From Candidatus Dormiibacterota bacterium (GTDB lineage Bacteria > Chloroflexota > Dormibacteria > Aeolococcales > Aeolococcaceae), in contig CAWBLV010000001.1 in the NCBI GenBank assembly GCA_963789735.1, positions 213,822-277,821 on the forward strand: a DNA stretch of 64,000 bases. The letters are read 5' to 3'. The notes under the pieces were generated by a model. It worked only from the letters and a program-made list of their open reading frames with translations, did no database searches and was not told where the DNA came from. This document shows, piece after piece, positions 18,075-28,051 of this stretch. Each line of letters begins with the position of its first letter. Position 1 is the first letter of the stretch. A program made the translations under genes and the position numbers.

Positions 18075-19253
18075 GTGGACATCCTCGACGTCGTCATCAT
18101 CGTGTTCCTGATCGTCGTTGCCTTCTCGGGGCTGCGGCGGGGCCTGAGTGGCGTGGCGTTCGCGATCGCGGGGCTCGTCGCCGGGCTCTTCCTCGGCGCG
18201 GTGATCGCCCCGGTGATCGCCAAAGCGATCACCCAGGACCGCGACACCCAGCGTCTGTTTGCGATCGGCATCTTCATCGCCACGGCCCTGCTCGTCGAAG
18301 GCATCGGCGCGGCGATCGGCTTTCGGATCCGGCAGCGGACGCAGCACTCGATGCTCCTGGGCAAGGCGGATTCGGCGGTCGGGGCTGCGCTCGGGCTGGT
18401 CGCTGCTCTTGCCACCACCTGGTACCTCGGGCTCATGTTCTCCCAGAGCCCGTGGATCGGCCTGGACAACCAGATCACCAACTCCACCATCGAGCGTTCG
18501 CTCGACCGCTTCATGCCACGGCCCCCCGGATTCCTCGCCACCATCGGCAACCTGTTCCTCCCCGGCAATTTCCCGAACCCCTTCTCCACCATCCTCGACA
18601 TCCCGCAGGCCCCCGTGGCGATCCCGCCGCTGGTGGACACCGCCGGCATCCGCGAGGCGACCAGTGTCACCGTCAAGGTGATCGCGTCCGGCTGCGGCGG
18701 CGGCGCCGAGGCCGGGTCGTCCTGGCCGCTCGCGCCCGGATACTTCGTGACCAATGCCCACGTGGTGGCGGGCTCCGGCAGCGTCGAGATCGACCTGCCC
18801 AACGGGGGGCGCAACGCTGCCCGAGTGGTGCTGTTCGACCCCAATACCGACCTCGCCATCCTCTACTCGCCCGGGCTCGACCTTCGCCCGCTGGTGCTGG
18901 TCGACAGCAACCCGGCACGGGGCACCGCCGGCGCCGTCATCGGCTATCCCGGCGGCGGCGCCGAGCAGGTCGTGCCCGCGGCAGTGAGCGGCACCGAGTC
19001 GGCGCGCGGCTACAACATCTACGGCGACATGCTCGTGACCCGCGAGATCGAGGTCCTGTCCGCGCACGTGATCCCCGGCAACTCCGGTGGCCCGATCGTC
19101 AACGACAGCGGGCAGATCATCGGTGTTGTCTTCGCCGCAAGCACCTCGCAGCCGAATGTCGGCTACGCGCTCACGATTCCCCAGGTGCTGCCGGATCTGC
19201 AGGCCGGCGAGCATCGCACCACAGCGGTCTCCACCGAGGCATGCGCCAGCTGA
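18075..19253 (+). CDS. MarP-like membrane serine protease (CvpA-type TM domain + trypsin-like domain)
   Basis: ORF 17937-19253, likely GTG 18075 (VDILDVVIIVFLIV...); four TM helices, then TNAHVV, DLAIL and GNSGGP catalytic-triad boxes. Confidence 0.8.
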   Translation: MDILDVVIIVFLIVVAFSGLRRGLSGVAFAIAGLVAGLFLGAVIAPVIAKAITQDRDTQRLFAIGIFIATALLVEGIGAAIGFRIRQRTQHSMLLGKADSAVGAALGLVAALATTWYLGLMFSQSPWIGLDNQITNSTIERSLDRFMPRPPGFLATIGNLFLPGNFPNPFSTILDIPQAPVAIPPLVDTAGIREATSVTVKVIASGCGGGAEAGSSWPLAPGYFVTNAHVVAGSGSVEIDLPNGGRNAARVVLFDPNTDLAILYSPGLDLRPLVLVDSNPARGTAGAVIGYPGGGAEQVVPAAVSGTESARGYNIYGDMLVTREIEVLSAHVIPGNSGGPIVNDSGQIIGVVFAASTSQPNVGYALTIPQVLPDLQAGEHRTTAVSTEACAS

Positions 19254-19263
19254 GCGGCTTCGC

Positions 19264-20640
19264 TCAGTCGTGGATGATGACGGTGGTGCCGATCGGGCTC
19301 CACGCGTAGAGCCAGGCCATGGTCGGAGTGGGCATGTGCACGCAGCCGTGGCTCGCGTCGACGCCGTTCTCGCTGCCCGGGCCGAAGTCGGAGGCAGGCT
19401 CCCACGGCGCGTCGTGGATGAAGAACCCGCCGCCCCGGAACTCCATCGCGTACTCCGCGTTCTCGGGCGAGTAATACCACGGCGACGACTGCGGCCACGG
19501 CGAGATGAGCGTGATCGGCGAGACCTTCCTGTAGATGTGAAAGGTTCCGGTGGGGGTGCGAAGTCCGGGGCGCCCCGTCGTCACCAGCGATTCCCCGGCA
19601 ACGCACGTGTCGTCGAAGAACACTGCCGACTGCGTCGTCACGTCGATGTCGATCACCTTGCCGTTCGGCACGTCATGGCCGCAGCCGACTGCGGTGAGCG
19701 CGGCGTTCACCGAGGCTTCGACGTTCACGATCTGCGACGCGGCGGCGTTGAGCCGCGGCGCGGTGCCGGCGTTGCGGACCTGCGCAGACAGCGAGCCGTA
19801 CTGACCGGCAAACCCTGCGGCACCCGCGGCGTTATGCGCTGTGGCGAGCACGACGCGCGAATCGAGCGTGCGCAGCTCACCCACGACGCGTCCGTCGAGG
19901 CTGATGAGCGCATTGAGCGGGCCGAGATCGGCCTCGAGCGCTTTGATCGCCGTGACCGTGGCAACGGAGTCGCTGCCTCCTGCACTGAGCGTCGCGATCA
20001 GCGACGGCACTGCACCGGTATCGAGGTTATCGCCACGTGCGACCGAAACCCGCTGTTCGGCAGCCGCCACCAGGGCTGCGACGCCCCCGTACCCGCCGGT
20101 TGCCGTCGTGACCTCGTCGAGCGTCGCTGCCTTGCTCGCCACCGCCACCGCAGCAGTCCAGGTCGTCACGAGCGCGTCGAGCGCCGCGGGAGTCGTTGCG
20201 GCGGCCAGCTGCCCCGCCCAGCCGGCTGCTGCCTTCGCGTTCGCAGCGGGAACGTAGGAGCCGAATTGCAACTCCATCTCGCTCCAGGCGGTCATCGCAC
20301 CTTCGGCGCGCGCGCGTGACACCGCCATAGCCGACGTCCACACCTTCGTGGTGTCGCGATGCATGGTGGTGATGAACGCGCTGCCGTCGTCGAGCCACCA
20401 CAGCGGCGACCACGACGACGCGTGCATGTACTTGGAAGCGGCGAGATCGCGACGCAGCGGCGTCACGCTCGCCTCGGGCACGCCTTCAGTCACATCCCGA
20501 GTCCACGCCCGCTCGAGGGTCGCGGCAGCGTCGTGAAACGACGCTGCGCGACCCGTCGCGCGCACCGTCACGGCGCCCCCCGCGCCGATCAGTGCGAGCA
20601 AAACGGCGGCTGTCGAAATCGGTAGCAGTCGTCGCATCAC
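19264..20640 (-). CDS. L,D-transpeptidase (YkuD domain) with long N-terminal region
   Basis: 458-aa ORF; signal anchor; C-terminal GFFIHDAPW...SHGCVHM active-site motif. Confidence 0.85.
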   Translation of the reverse strand: MMRRLLPISTAAVLLALIGAGGAVTVRATGRAASFHDAAATLERAWTRDVTEGVPEASVTPLRRDLAASKYMHASSWSPLWWLDDGSAFITTMHRDTTKVWTSAMAVSRARAEGAMTAWSEMELQFGSYVPAANAKAAAGWAGQLAAATTPAALDALVTTWTAAVAVASKAATLDEVTTATGGYGGVAALVAAAEQRVSVARGDNLDTGAVPSLIATLSAGGSDSVATVTAIKALEADLGPLNALISLDGRVVGELRTLDSRVVLATAHNAAGAAGFAGQYGSLSAQVRNAGTAPRLNAAASQIVNVEASVNAALTAVGCGHDVPNGKVIDIDVTTQSAVFFDDTCVAGESLVTTGRPGLRTPTGTFHIYRKVSPITLISPWPQSSPWYYSPENAEYAMEFRGGGFFIHDAPWEPASDFGPGSENGVDASHGCVHMPTPTMAWLYAWSPIGTTVIIHD

Positions 20641-20661
20641 TGCGGCAAGGCTACCCGAGAA

Positions 20662-21633
20662 TCAACTCGATAGGAACCCGTTCTGCTGGAGCCACGTCTG
20701 CGCGACGCTCTGGACGGTCTGGTTCTGAATCTCGACCATCGCGTTGAGCTGCAGCATCACGGACGTGGTGAGCTTGGCCGCTACCGGTGCCATCCATGCG
20801 CCGATCGACGGGTACTTCTGGAGCACGCTCTGGCGAACTTCAAGCCCCGCGTTGTCCGGTGGGAACAGGTTCTTGGGGTCGGTCAGCGCAACCTCGTTGT
20901 TCGCCTCGATGGCGGAGTCCGTGGTGTACACCTCGCCTGCATCACAAGCGCCGCTCGCGATCGCCTTCTCCGCAGTGCTCTCGATCTGGGTGTAGTGGAA
21001 GCTGGACGCAGCCGGCCACCCGTACGTGGACACCAGCCCGGGGAGACCATCAGCCCGAGTGAGGAATTCCGACTGGATGCACACCTTGGTGCTGGGATGC
21101 GTGGTCAGGTACGTGCCGAAGTCGGCGAGCGACGTGCCGTACGTGGAACTCTGACTCGACAGGATGGCGATGCCGTTGGTGTCGTCGAACTGCGTTGGCG
21201 CCACCCAGCAGATGCCGTTCGCGACGTCCTTCTGCTGAACGTAGGTGAACGCCGCACTGAGCGCCGTCGGGAAGCCGCTGAGGCCCAGGTACTCCTCGAG
21301 CTCGGTTCCCGTGTACTGCCAGTACATGTCAATCGTGCCGGCAGTCAGCGCATCACCGATCTGCTTGTCGGCAGCACTGAACGTGTCCGTGATCTTGAAG
21401 CCGTGCGCGTCGAGCACGTCTGCCGTCATCTGCGCCATCAACTGCTCTTCAGCAAAGTCCTTGCTGCCGATGGAGAGTTGTGCTCCGTTGCCGCTGGTCT
21501 GCGTTCCGGTTGGACATGCGGCTGTCGTCCCCGAAGTGGTGGAACTGCCGCCGGGGGAATTACCACCCCCGCATGCAGCAAGGGTCCCGGGTATCGCGAG
21601 TGCGATGACCGCGAGTAGCTTGTTGCGTCTCAT
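20662..21633 (-). CDS. osmoprotectant (glycine betaine/choline) ABC transporter substrate-binding lipoprotein
   Basis: ORF 20662-21732; ATG 21633 nine nt after GGAGG; lipobox LAACGGG; OpuAC-type SBP fold pattern. Confidence 0.85.
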   Translation of the reverse strand: MRRNKLLAVIALAIPGTLAACGGGNSPGGSSTTSGTTAACPTGTQTSGNGAQLSIGSKDFAEEQLMAQMTADVLDAHGFKITDTFSAADKQIGDALTAGTIDMYWQYTGTELEEYLGLSGFPTALSAAFTYVQQKDVANGICWVAPTQFDDTNGIAILSSQSSTYGTSLADFGTYLTTHPSTKVCIQSEFLTRADGLPGLVSTYGWPAASSFHYTQIESTAEKAIASGACDAGEVYTTDSAIEANNEVALTDPKNLFPPDNAGLEVRQSVLQKYPSIGAWMAPVAAKLTTSVMLQLNAMVEIQNQTVQSVAQTWLQQNGFLSS

Positions 21634-21694
21634 GGATGTGTGCCTCCGCATGTTGTTGCCGGTTGATCGATACGAACTGAAGAGGTGATGTGTC

Positions 21695-22435
21695 TCAGCG
21701 GGCAACCTGCTTTGGTACGGCAACGCGCTCAATCATGGACAGTCCCCAGTCTGCCAGCAGCGCGAGCGATGCCACCATCACGGCCCCCACGAAAACCATT
21801 CGGTCGCTTGTGTTGATGCCTGCTGCGATCACGTCGCCCAGGCCGCCACCTCCAATGAAGTTTCCGAGTGTAGCCGTTCCGATGATTAATACCAGAGATG
21901 TCCTCAGTCCCGCGAAAACCAGCGGCGACGCAAGGGGCAACTGCACTCGCACCAAAGCCTGCCAACGCGTCATTCCCATGCCACGCGCCGCGTCCACCGC
22001 AGAAGGATCCACGCCCTGGATGCCCGCAACGGTGTTGCGAAGGACGGGCAGCAGCCCGTAGATCACCAACGCGATGATCGTCGGAGTTGCGCCGAGGCCG
22101 AGGATGGCGAAGAGCAGCACGAGCAGTCCGATTCCTGGGATGGCCTGCCCGAGGTTGGCAACGAGGAACACAGGAATCTGCACGCCTCGTCCCGCCTGCG
22201 CGATCAGCACTCCGAGTGGCACGCCGATCGCCGCGACGAAGGCGAATGAGACTCCCGAGATGAAGACATGCTGGATCGTCTCGGCCATGAGATTCGGCTC
22301 GTTGATAATCTCCGAATCGAACCTGCTGCCGTCAAGCGTCGCGTAGACGCCGATCGACACGAGAATCCCGATCGCCACCCAGATCGGCACGGCGAACGGA
22401 CGCAAGTGGCGCATCCACTTCGGCAGATGTGGCAT
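21695..22435 (-). CDS. osmoprotectant ABC transporter permease
   Basis: 246-aa polytopic ORF with EAA-like loop (DAARGMGMTRWQALVRVQLPLA). Confidence 0.85.
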   Translation of the reverse strand: MPHLPKWMRHLRPFAVPIWVAIGILVSIGVYATLDGSRFDSEIINEPNLMAETIQHVFISGVSFAFVAAIGVPLGVLIAQAGRGVQIPVFLVANLGQAIPGIGLLVLLFAILGLGATPTIIALVIYGLLPVLRNTVAGIQGVDPSAVDAARGMGMTRWQALVRVQLPLASPLVFAGLRTSLVLIIGTATLGNFIGGGGLGDVIAAGINTSDRMVFVGAVMVASLALLADWGLSMIERVAVPKQVAR

Positions 22436-23380
22436 CTAGCGCGCTCTCATGGACGCTGCTCGGATCACGTCAGCGTCCACGATCCCGATTGGCTTGCCGT
22501 CGCTCACGACGCTGACGCGCCCGTCGGATGAGCGGAGCACTGCGTCGAGTGCGTCGCGGAGCGTCCCGCCGGCGTCCACGGAGCCGCCGGGCGTCGCGCC
22601 GTTCAGCGCGGTCAACTGCACTTCACTGATGCGGATGAGCGCGAGGCGGCGCACCAGCGGCCCCTCACCCAGGAAGCCGGTGACGAAGTCGGACTGTGGG
22701 TGCGCGAGCAACTCCTCGGGGGTCGTGAACTGCTCGAGCACACCACCCCTGGAGAACAGGGCCACCCGGTCACCGAGCTTGACCGCTTCGTCGATATCGT
22801 GGGTCACAAACACGATCGTCTTGCGCACCACGCTCTGGAGGCGGAGCAGTTCGTTCTGGAGGCGATCTCTCGCGATCGGATCGATGGCCCCGAACGGCTC
22901 GTCCATCAGCAGGATGTTCGGGTCCGCCCCGAGCGCGCGAGCGACACCGACGCGCTGACGCTCTCCCCCGCTCAGCTCCGACGGCAGCCGGCGCGCATAG
23001 TCAGCGGCAGGCAGTGCGATCAGGTCGAGGAGCTCCTCCACGCGAGCCTGGGTGCGCTGCTTGGTCCAGCCGAGCAGGCGCGGCACCGTGGCGATGTTCT
23101 CCGCGACGGTCTGGTGAGGAAAGAGCCCCACCTGCTGGATCACGTACCCGATCGACCTGCGAAGGTCGTTCACGTCGTAGGTGCGGGTGTCGCGGTCGTC
23201 GATGCTGATCGTGCCTTCCGTCGGCTCGATGAGCCGGTTGATCATCTTCAGCGACGTCGTCTTGCCACACCCGGACGGGCCGACCAGGATGACGATCTCG
23301 CCGGACTTGATCTCGAGCGAGAGATGGTCCACCGCAACCGACGTGCCGTACCGCTTGACGACGCGATCGAACGTGATCAC
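22436..23380 (-). CDS. osmoprotectant ABC transporter ATP-binding protein with C-terminal CBS-like domain
   Basis: Walker A GPSGCGKTT, signature LSGGERQRV, Walker B ILLMDEPF; GTG 23380 overlaps the upstream stop as GTGA. Confidence 0.9.
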   Translation of the reverse strand: MITFDRVVKRYGTSVAVDHLSLEIKSGEIVILVGPSGCGKTTSLKMINRLIEPTEGTISIDDRDTRTYDVNDLRRSIGYVIQQVGLFPHQTVAENIATVPRLLGWTKQRTQARVEELLDLIALPAADYARRLPSELSGGERQRVGVARALGADPNILLMDEPFGAIDPIARDRLQNELLRLQSVVRKTIVFVTHDIDEAVKLGDRVALFSRGGVLEQFTTPEELLAHPQSDFVTGFLGEGPLVRRLALIRISEVQLTALNGATPGGSVDAGGTLRDALDAVLRSSDGRVSVVSDGKPIGIVDADVIRAASMRAR

Positions 23381-24027
23381 GTCGCCGCCACCGAGACGCG
23401 GCCGCGCGAGAGCCACCGCTGGATGCCCGCGAGGATCAGGTCGGCCAGGATGCCGATTACCGCGACCGGGATGATCCCTGCGAGCACGGCATCGAGCGTG
23501 CCGGTGCTGCGGCCGATCGCCGAGAGGATCGTCTGGCCGAGGTCGTTGACGCCCATGGTCGCGCCGACCGTGGCGATTGCGACGATCATGACGGTCGCTT
23601 GGCGAATACCCCCGAGGATGACGGGCACCGCCAGGGGCAGCTCAACCTTGAGCAGGATCTGTCGAGGGTTCATCCCCATGCCGCGGGCGGCTTCCGCCAC
23701 CGCGGGATCGACCGTCTTGATGCCTGCGCGCGTGTTCCGCGTGACGGGCAGCAGTCCGTAGAGGACGAGCCCCACGATCACCGGTGGGGCTTCCAGCCCG
23801 AGCCAGATGGAGAGGAGCCCGAAGAGCGCGAAGCTCGGCACCGTCAGGATCGTGCTCGTGACCGCAAGGATGAGGGTGGACAAGGGTTCGGACCGCGCGG
23901 CAACGATGCCGAGCCCCAGCCCGATCACGCTCGTGATCGCGATGCACTCGCCCACGATCTCGAGGTGCGTGAGGATCTGCGGTCCGATCAGGTCCCAGTT
24001 CTGAGCGATGTATTGAAAGACGTTCAC
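23377..24027 (-). CDS. osmoprotectant ABC transporter permease
   Basis: 216-aa polytopic ORF; EAARGMGMNPRQILLKVELPLA loop. Confidence 0.85.
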   Translation of the reverse strand: MNVFQYIAQNWDLIGPQILTHLEIVGECIAITSVIGLGLGIVAARSEPLSTLILAVTSTILTVPSFALFGLLSIWLGLEAPPVIVGLVLYGLLPVTRNTRAGIKTVDPAVAEAARGMGMNPRQILLKVELPLAVPVILGGIRQATVMIVAIATVGATMGVNDLGQTILSAIGRSTGTLDAVLAGIIPVAVIGILADLILAGIQRWLSRGRVSVAAT

Positions 24028-24039
24028 ACTTTGTGAGCG

Positions 24040-24603
24040 TCAGTATCCATAACCTCCACCCGAGCTCGCAGTCGGGGTCGGCGGGACCGGCGTCGGCGTC
24101 GAGTTCGAGGAGCTCGTGCCGGTGGATGTCGATGCTGTGGTGGGCGTCGCGGCGAACCACTTGCCGTCAACCCCCTGGCCGTTCACCTGACCGGCCGCGG
24201 TGTCGCTCGCGAACGTGTGCAACGGCCATCCGTTGTACGTGACCTCGGTTTCAGCAGCGCCATTCACCATGACTGAGACGGTTGCAAGCGAGCCGGTGAC
24301 CGCTGACGATCCAGTCGGCGTGCCGGTTGCTACCAGCGGCGGCCATGCGCTGAGGCAGCCGCCGGTGCACGCGCCGATCGTCGAGTTCTGCTCCGGCAGG
24401 AAGTAGTACAGGGTGAAACCCTGCGCATTCGTCAGCACGGTGCCGAGCGATGTCGTTCCGGTCGAGACGGTCGGTCCGGCAGCGGCGGGCGCGCTCGTGG
24501 CAGGCGCGCTGGTGGCCGGCGCGGATGTCGTACCGGTCCCTCCGGCGGCACCGCACGCGGCGAGAACAGCGGCGGCTGCCAGGGTGAGAATGATGCGTCG
24601 CAT
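24040..24603 (-). CDS. lipoprotein of the COG4315 (Yx[FWY]xxD-repeat) type
   Basis: 187-aa ORF; lipobox LAACG; SAPAT tandem linker; two repeats with FTLYYF and WPLHTF cores. Confidence 0.7.
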   Translation of the reverse strand: MRRIILTLAAAAVLAACGAAGGTGTTSAPATSAPATSAPAAAGPTVSTGTTSLGTVLTNAQGFTLYYFLPEQNSTIGACTGGCLSAWPPLVATGTPTGSSAVTGSLATVSVMVNGAAETEVTYNGWPLHTFASDTAAGQVNGQGVDGKWFAATPTTASTSTGTSSSNSTPTPVPPTPTASSGGGYGY

Positions 24604-24676
24604 GGTGAGAACCTCCAGAGTTGTGATGGAGGGAGTACGGCGTCGCGTTACGTTGCCGGCGCGTTATTCTCGAACC

Positions 24677-24880
24677 ATGTGCAGAAGCATCAAGACCCTT
24701 CGGGGTGCTGAACCTCCCGCGGATGATGACGACGCCCACGCCGCAGCCCTGCAGTTCGTGCGCAAGATCAGCGGCTACCGGGCGCCGTCAAAGGCGAATC
24801 AGCTGGCCTTTGACTCAGCCGTGCAGGAGGTGACCGCAGCGACGACGCGACTGCTCGAGGGTTTGCAGCAGCGCGCCTGA
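24677..24880 (+). CDS. DUF2277 family small protein
   Basis: ATG 24677; MCRSIKTLRGAEPPADDDDAHAAALQFVRKISGYRAPSKAN matches the DUF2277 pattern. Confidence 0.7.
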   Translation: MCRSIKTLRGAEPPADDDDAHAAALQFVRKISGYRAPSKANQLAFDSAVQEVTAATTRLLEGLQQRA

Positions 24881-24933
24881 AGGCCGGCCCTCCGAACAGC
24901 GGATAATTCGTTGATGCGATCAGGCCGGATCTT

Positions 24934-25326
24934 CTACTCCGACTCGATCGCACCCATGGTGATGCTGCCGTTCACCGTGCCGCCGTCGTCCACGCGCAGG
25001 CGCGCAGCGCGAACGTCACCGAGCACCACGCCGCTGCCGGCCACGGTGAGGCGCGCGTGGGCCACCACGTTGCCGGTCACGTTGCCGCGAACGGTGACGT
25101 TGCGTCCGTCGACCCTCGCCTTCACGGTGGCGGAGGCCTCGACGTCGACGTCGCCGGTCGCAGTGATGTCGCCTTCCGCGGTGCCCTCGATGTGGAGATC
25201 CCCGTCGATCGTCAGCGACCCGTTCAGGACGTCGCGCGGCCCGAGGGTGACCCCCTTGGCGCCTGCCGCGCCGTTGCGGTGACCGCGTGGAATGGCCAGC
25301 GCCTCGATCTCAGTGATGTTTTCCAT
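24934..25326 (-). CDS. bactofilin (polymer-forming cytoskeletal protein)
   Basis: ATG 25326 after AAGGAGAGG; beta-helical repeats GSLTIDGDLHIEGTAEGDITATGDVDVEASATVKARVDG. Confidence 0.8.
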   Translation of the reverse strand: MENITEIEALAIPRGHRNGAAGAKGVTLGPRDVLNGSLTIDGDLHIEGTAEGDITATGDVDVEASATVKARVDGRNVTVRGNVTGNVVAHARLTVAGSGVVLGDVRAARLRVDDGGTVNGSITMGAIESE

Positions 25327-25414
25327 GGATGTGTCCTCTCCTTCTCGTCCGCAGCTCGGCGCATATCGTACTGATGTCGCGCCTCCTTCGCGGGACGAAG
25401 TTGCCCACGACCCG

Positions 25415-26359
25415 GTGACGATCAGAAGGACTTCGGACACGTTTCGGCGGCTGCAACTCGACTTCTACCGAGATGCCGCAGGTCGCTACGACTCCTGGGC
25501 GGGTGGCGCAAACATCCGCGCCGCCGAGCGGCTCGCGACCTTCGTGGATCTGCAGCCCGGCGAACGCGTGATCGACATCGGGTGCGGCACGGGACTGGTC
25601 AGCCGGGCGCTCGGCATCGAGCATTCCACGCTCGAACACATGGGCATCGATCTGTCCCCGGACATGATCACCAACGCGCGTCGCGAGGCAGGGAGCGCCC
25701 GCGGGGTGCACTTCACGGTGATGGACGCGCATCACCTGGTCTTCAACGACGACATGTTCGACGTCGCGGTGCTCGGACAGTCGCTCGCGTACCTCGAGGA
25801 TCCCTGGCAAGCGTTCGCGGAAATCCGGCGAGTCCTCCGCCCGGGAGGACGCATCGCGCTCTCCTGCCGGTGCAGGAGCCTGTCAACACCGGCGCAAGGG
25901 GTCTTCTTCGAGCGGCTCGAGCGTCTCGCCATCCGGCGTGCGCGGACTCCGGCGCATCACGCGCTCTTCGGCGAGCCGTGGGTGCTCAGCGACATGCTCG
26001 AGATGGCAGGGTTCACCGACATTCGCGGCACCCAACTGCTTGTCGGCGTCCGCGCGGCCAACGTGCACGAGTGGACCGAGATGATGGAGTGGTCGGGCCC
26101 GTGGCCGCACGCAATGATCGGACTGCTGAGCCCCGCGGCTCGCGCCACCTTCGAAGAGGAACTGGATCGGGCCATGCACCGCCTGGGCGAAGGTGACTAC
26201 GCGTTTCACGGCGCATTCACCCTCGCTACCGGGCGGCTTCGCGATCCGTCCCCGGCTCAGCCCTCTTCTGAGTCCGCACCCGAGGAGACGCCGGAGGTCT
26301 CCGCGGTGCGCTCTTCGCTGTACGCGTCGAACTCGGAGCCTGCGTTCTCGGCACCGTAG
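25415..26359 (+). CDS. class I SAM-dependent methyltransferase
   Basis: ORF 25292-26359 (start uncertain, GTG 25415); motif I VIDIGCGTGLV; RVLRPGGRIAL post-II motif; 3' end overlaps the convergent bactofilin by about 100 nt. Confidence 0.75.
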   Translation: MTIRRTSDTFRRLQLDFYRDAAGRYDSWAGGANIRAAERLATFVDLQPGERVIDIGCGTGLVSRALGIEHSTLEHMGIDLSPDMITNARREAGSARGVHFTVMDAHHLVFNDDMFDVAVLGQSLAYLEDPWQAFAEIRRVLRPGGRIALSCRCRSLSTPAQGVFFERLERLAIRRARTPAHHALFGEPWVLSDMLEMAGFTDIRGTQLLVGVRAANVHEWTEMMEWSGPWPHAMIGLLSPAARATFEEELDRAMHRLGEGDYAFHGAFTLATGRLRDPSPAQPSSESAPEETPEVSAVRSSLYASNSEPAFSAP

Positions 26360-26856
26360 GCCTCGTGGTCACCGTCAGCACCGATCGCTGACCCGTTCAT
26401 GTCGCTAAGCGCCTCGTCGTCGTGCTCCTCCATGCGTCGCGCGGGAGGCGCGTCGCCGGCGGGCGTCATCGTGATCGTCGCGTTGATGACCGCGCCCTCG
26501 TCGACGCGCAGACGTCCGGCGCGCACTTCGCCGGCGAACGACGCGGTGTCGCCGAGCGTGACGAGCTCGGACCCGACGACCGTTCCTTCGACAGTGCCCA
26601 ACACGACGATGTCCCGCGCCGATATCTGCGCACGCGCTGTGCCGCCGGCATGCACGCTCACCTCGCCGCTCGCGGTCACCTCACCGTCGACAGTGCCCTC
26701 GATGCGCACATCGCCTTCGACAGTCAGCGTGCCCACCAGCGTATCGCGCGGTCCGAGCATGACGATGTTGGCCTGTTCAGACGCCGCGGGAGTCGCTGCA
26801 CCACGACGCCCACGGGCTCTGCTCGACGTCGACGGTCCGGTTTCGCTCGTGTCCAT
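26257..26856 (-). CDS. bactofilin with acidic C-terminal tail
   Basis: ATG 26856 after GAAGGAG; GTLTVEGDVRIEGTVDGEVTASGEVSVHAGG repeats; Asp/Glu-rich tail. Confidence 0.8.
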   Translation of the reverse strand: MDTSETGPSTSSRARGRRGAATPAASEQANIVMLGPRDTLVGTLTVEGDVRIEGTVDGEVTASGEVSVHAGGTARAQISARDIVVLGTVEGTVVGSELVTLGDTASFAGEVRAGRLRVDEGAVINATITMTPAGDAPPARRMEEHDDEALSDMNGSAIGADGDHEAYGAENAGSEFDAYSEERTAETSGVSSGADSEEG

Positions 26857-26968
26857 GGCGGCTCCTTCGCTACGGCTCGGCGGCATGCGGTCGTGGATAT
26901 CGTACGGGTCGGTCCAGGCGCGGAGTCGGGCGGGCGGGTTACGAAGTGCGCAAGGTTTCGGCCGCGGA

Positions 26969-28025
26969 TCAGACGACGAGATCGCTGCGGAAATCGCGTA
27001 TCGCGGCAACGCCCGCGAGGCCCATCGCGTGGTCGAGTTCGTCGCGGTAGGCGTCGAGCACACGCCGGACGCCGGATGCGCCGGCGGCAGCGAGGCCCCA
27101 GAGAATCGGGCGTCCGACGAGCACTGCCGCTGCGCCGAGCGCGAGGGCCACAAAGACGTCCGTGCCGCTCACGATGCCGCCGTCCACAAGCACCGGGGCA
27201 CGTCCTCCGACTGCGCTGACTATCTCTGGGAGCGCGACCGCCGATGCGATGGCGCGATCCAGCTGGCGGCCCCCATGGTTGGAAACGACGACACCCGCTG
27301 CACCGGCATCGAGGCACGCGGACGCGTCGTCGCCGCGGAGAATTCCCTTGACGATCACGGGCAGCCCGCTGATCTCGCGTAACCACGAAAGAGTGTCGAG
27401 GTCGATCGCCGGATCCTGGTCCATGCCGACCATGATCTCTTCGATCGACGCACCCGCCGGGATGTGCCGCCCGGCGTTGACGAGATGTTGTTCCTGGCTG
27501 ACCGGTGCGGAATGGCCACGCCGCTTGAAGCCGACGTAGGGAAGATCGGTGGTGAGGACAAGCGCCTTCGCTCCGAGCTCAGCGGCGCGCCGGACGAGTT
27601 CCTTCGGTGATGCAATGCTCCCGCACCACGTAGACCTGGTACCACCACGGACCGGTGAGCTCGGCGGCGATCTCTTCGAAGGCTCGCGTCGCCCTTGTCG
27701 TCACGACCATGAATCCTCCCGCGGCGCTGACGCCCCGAGCCGTCTCCACCTCGCCTTCGGCATGCGCAACCTGGTGGTACGCCGTGGGCGCCACGATGAG
27801 CGGCATCGCGAGTGGTGCTCCCAGGATCTCCGTCGTCAGCTCCGGTGTGCCGGCCGCCCGCAACATCCGCGGTCGCAGCCGGTATCGCCGCCACGCGGCT
27901 CGGGACTCCTCGAGGCTCAACTCGTCGCCGGCTCCCGCCGCGATGTAATCGAAGGCCGCCGGCGCCAGCGCCGCGCGCGCGGCCAGCTCGTACTCCACGA
28001 GGATGTCGGTCAGCGCTCGTTCCAC
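26969..28025 (-). pseudogene. FMN-dependent alpha-hydroxy-acid dehydrogenase/oxidase (LldD/glycolate oxidase family); apparent +1-nt frameshift near 27599
   Basis: N-terminal half is in ORF 27579-28259 (AAFDYIAAGAGDE...WWYQVY). C-terminal half is in ORF 26969-27433 (VSNHGGRQLD). Removing one A from gaaggAActc joins them (ITEGLVRRAAELGAKALVLT...). Confidence 0.8.
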
Positions 28026-28051
28026 GGAGGGAATTGTCCGCTTGCCGGCAG

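Noticed and set aside
24470-24545. Imperfect 15-bp tandem repeats, here and in other lipoprotein genes, considered as a CRISPR-like or VNTR array.
   Set aside because: They encode the SAPAT/Pro-Thr linker of the lipoprotein in frame. There is no spacer/repeat organisation and there are no cas genes anywhere in the window.
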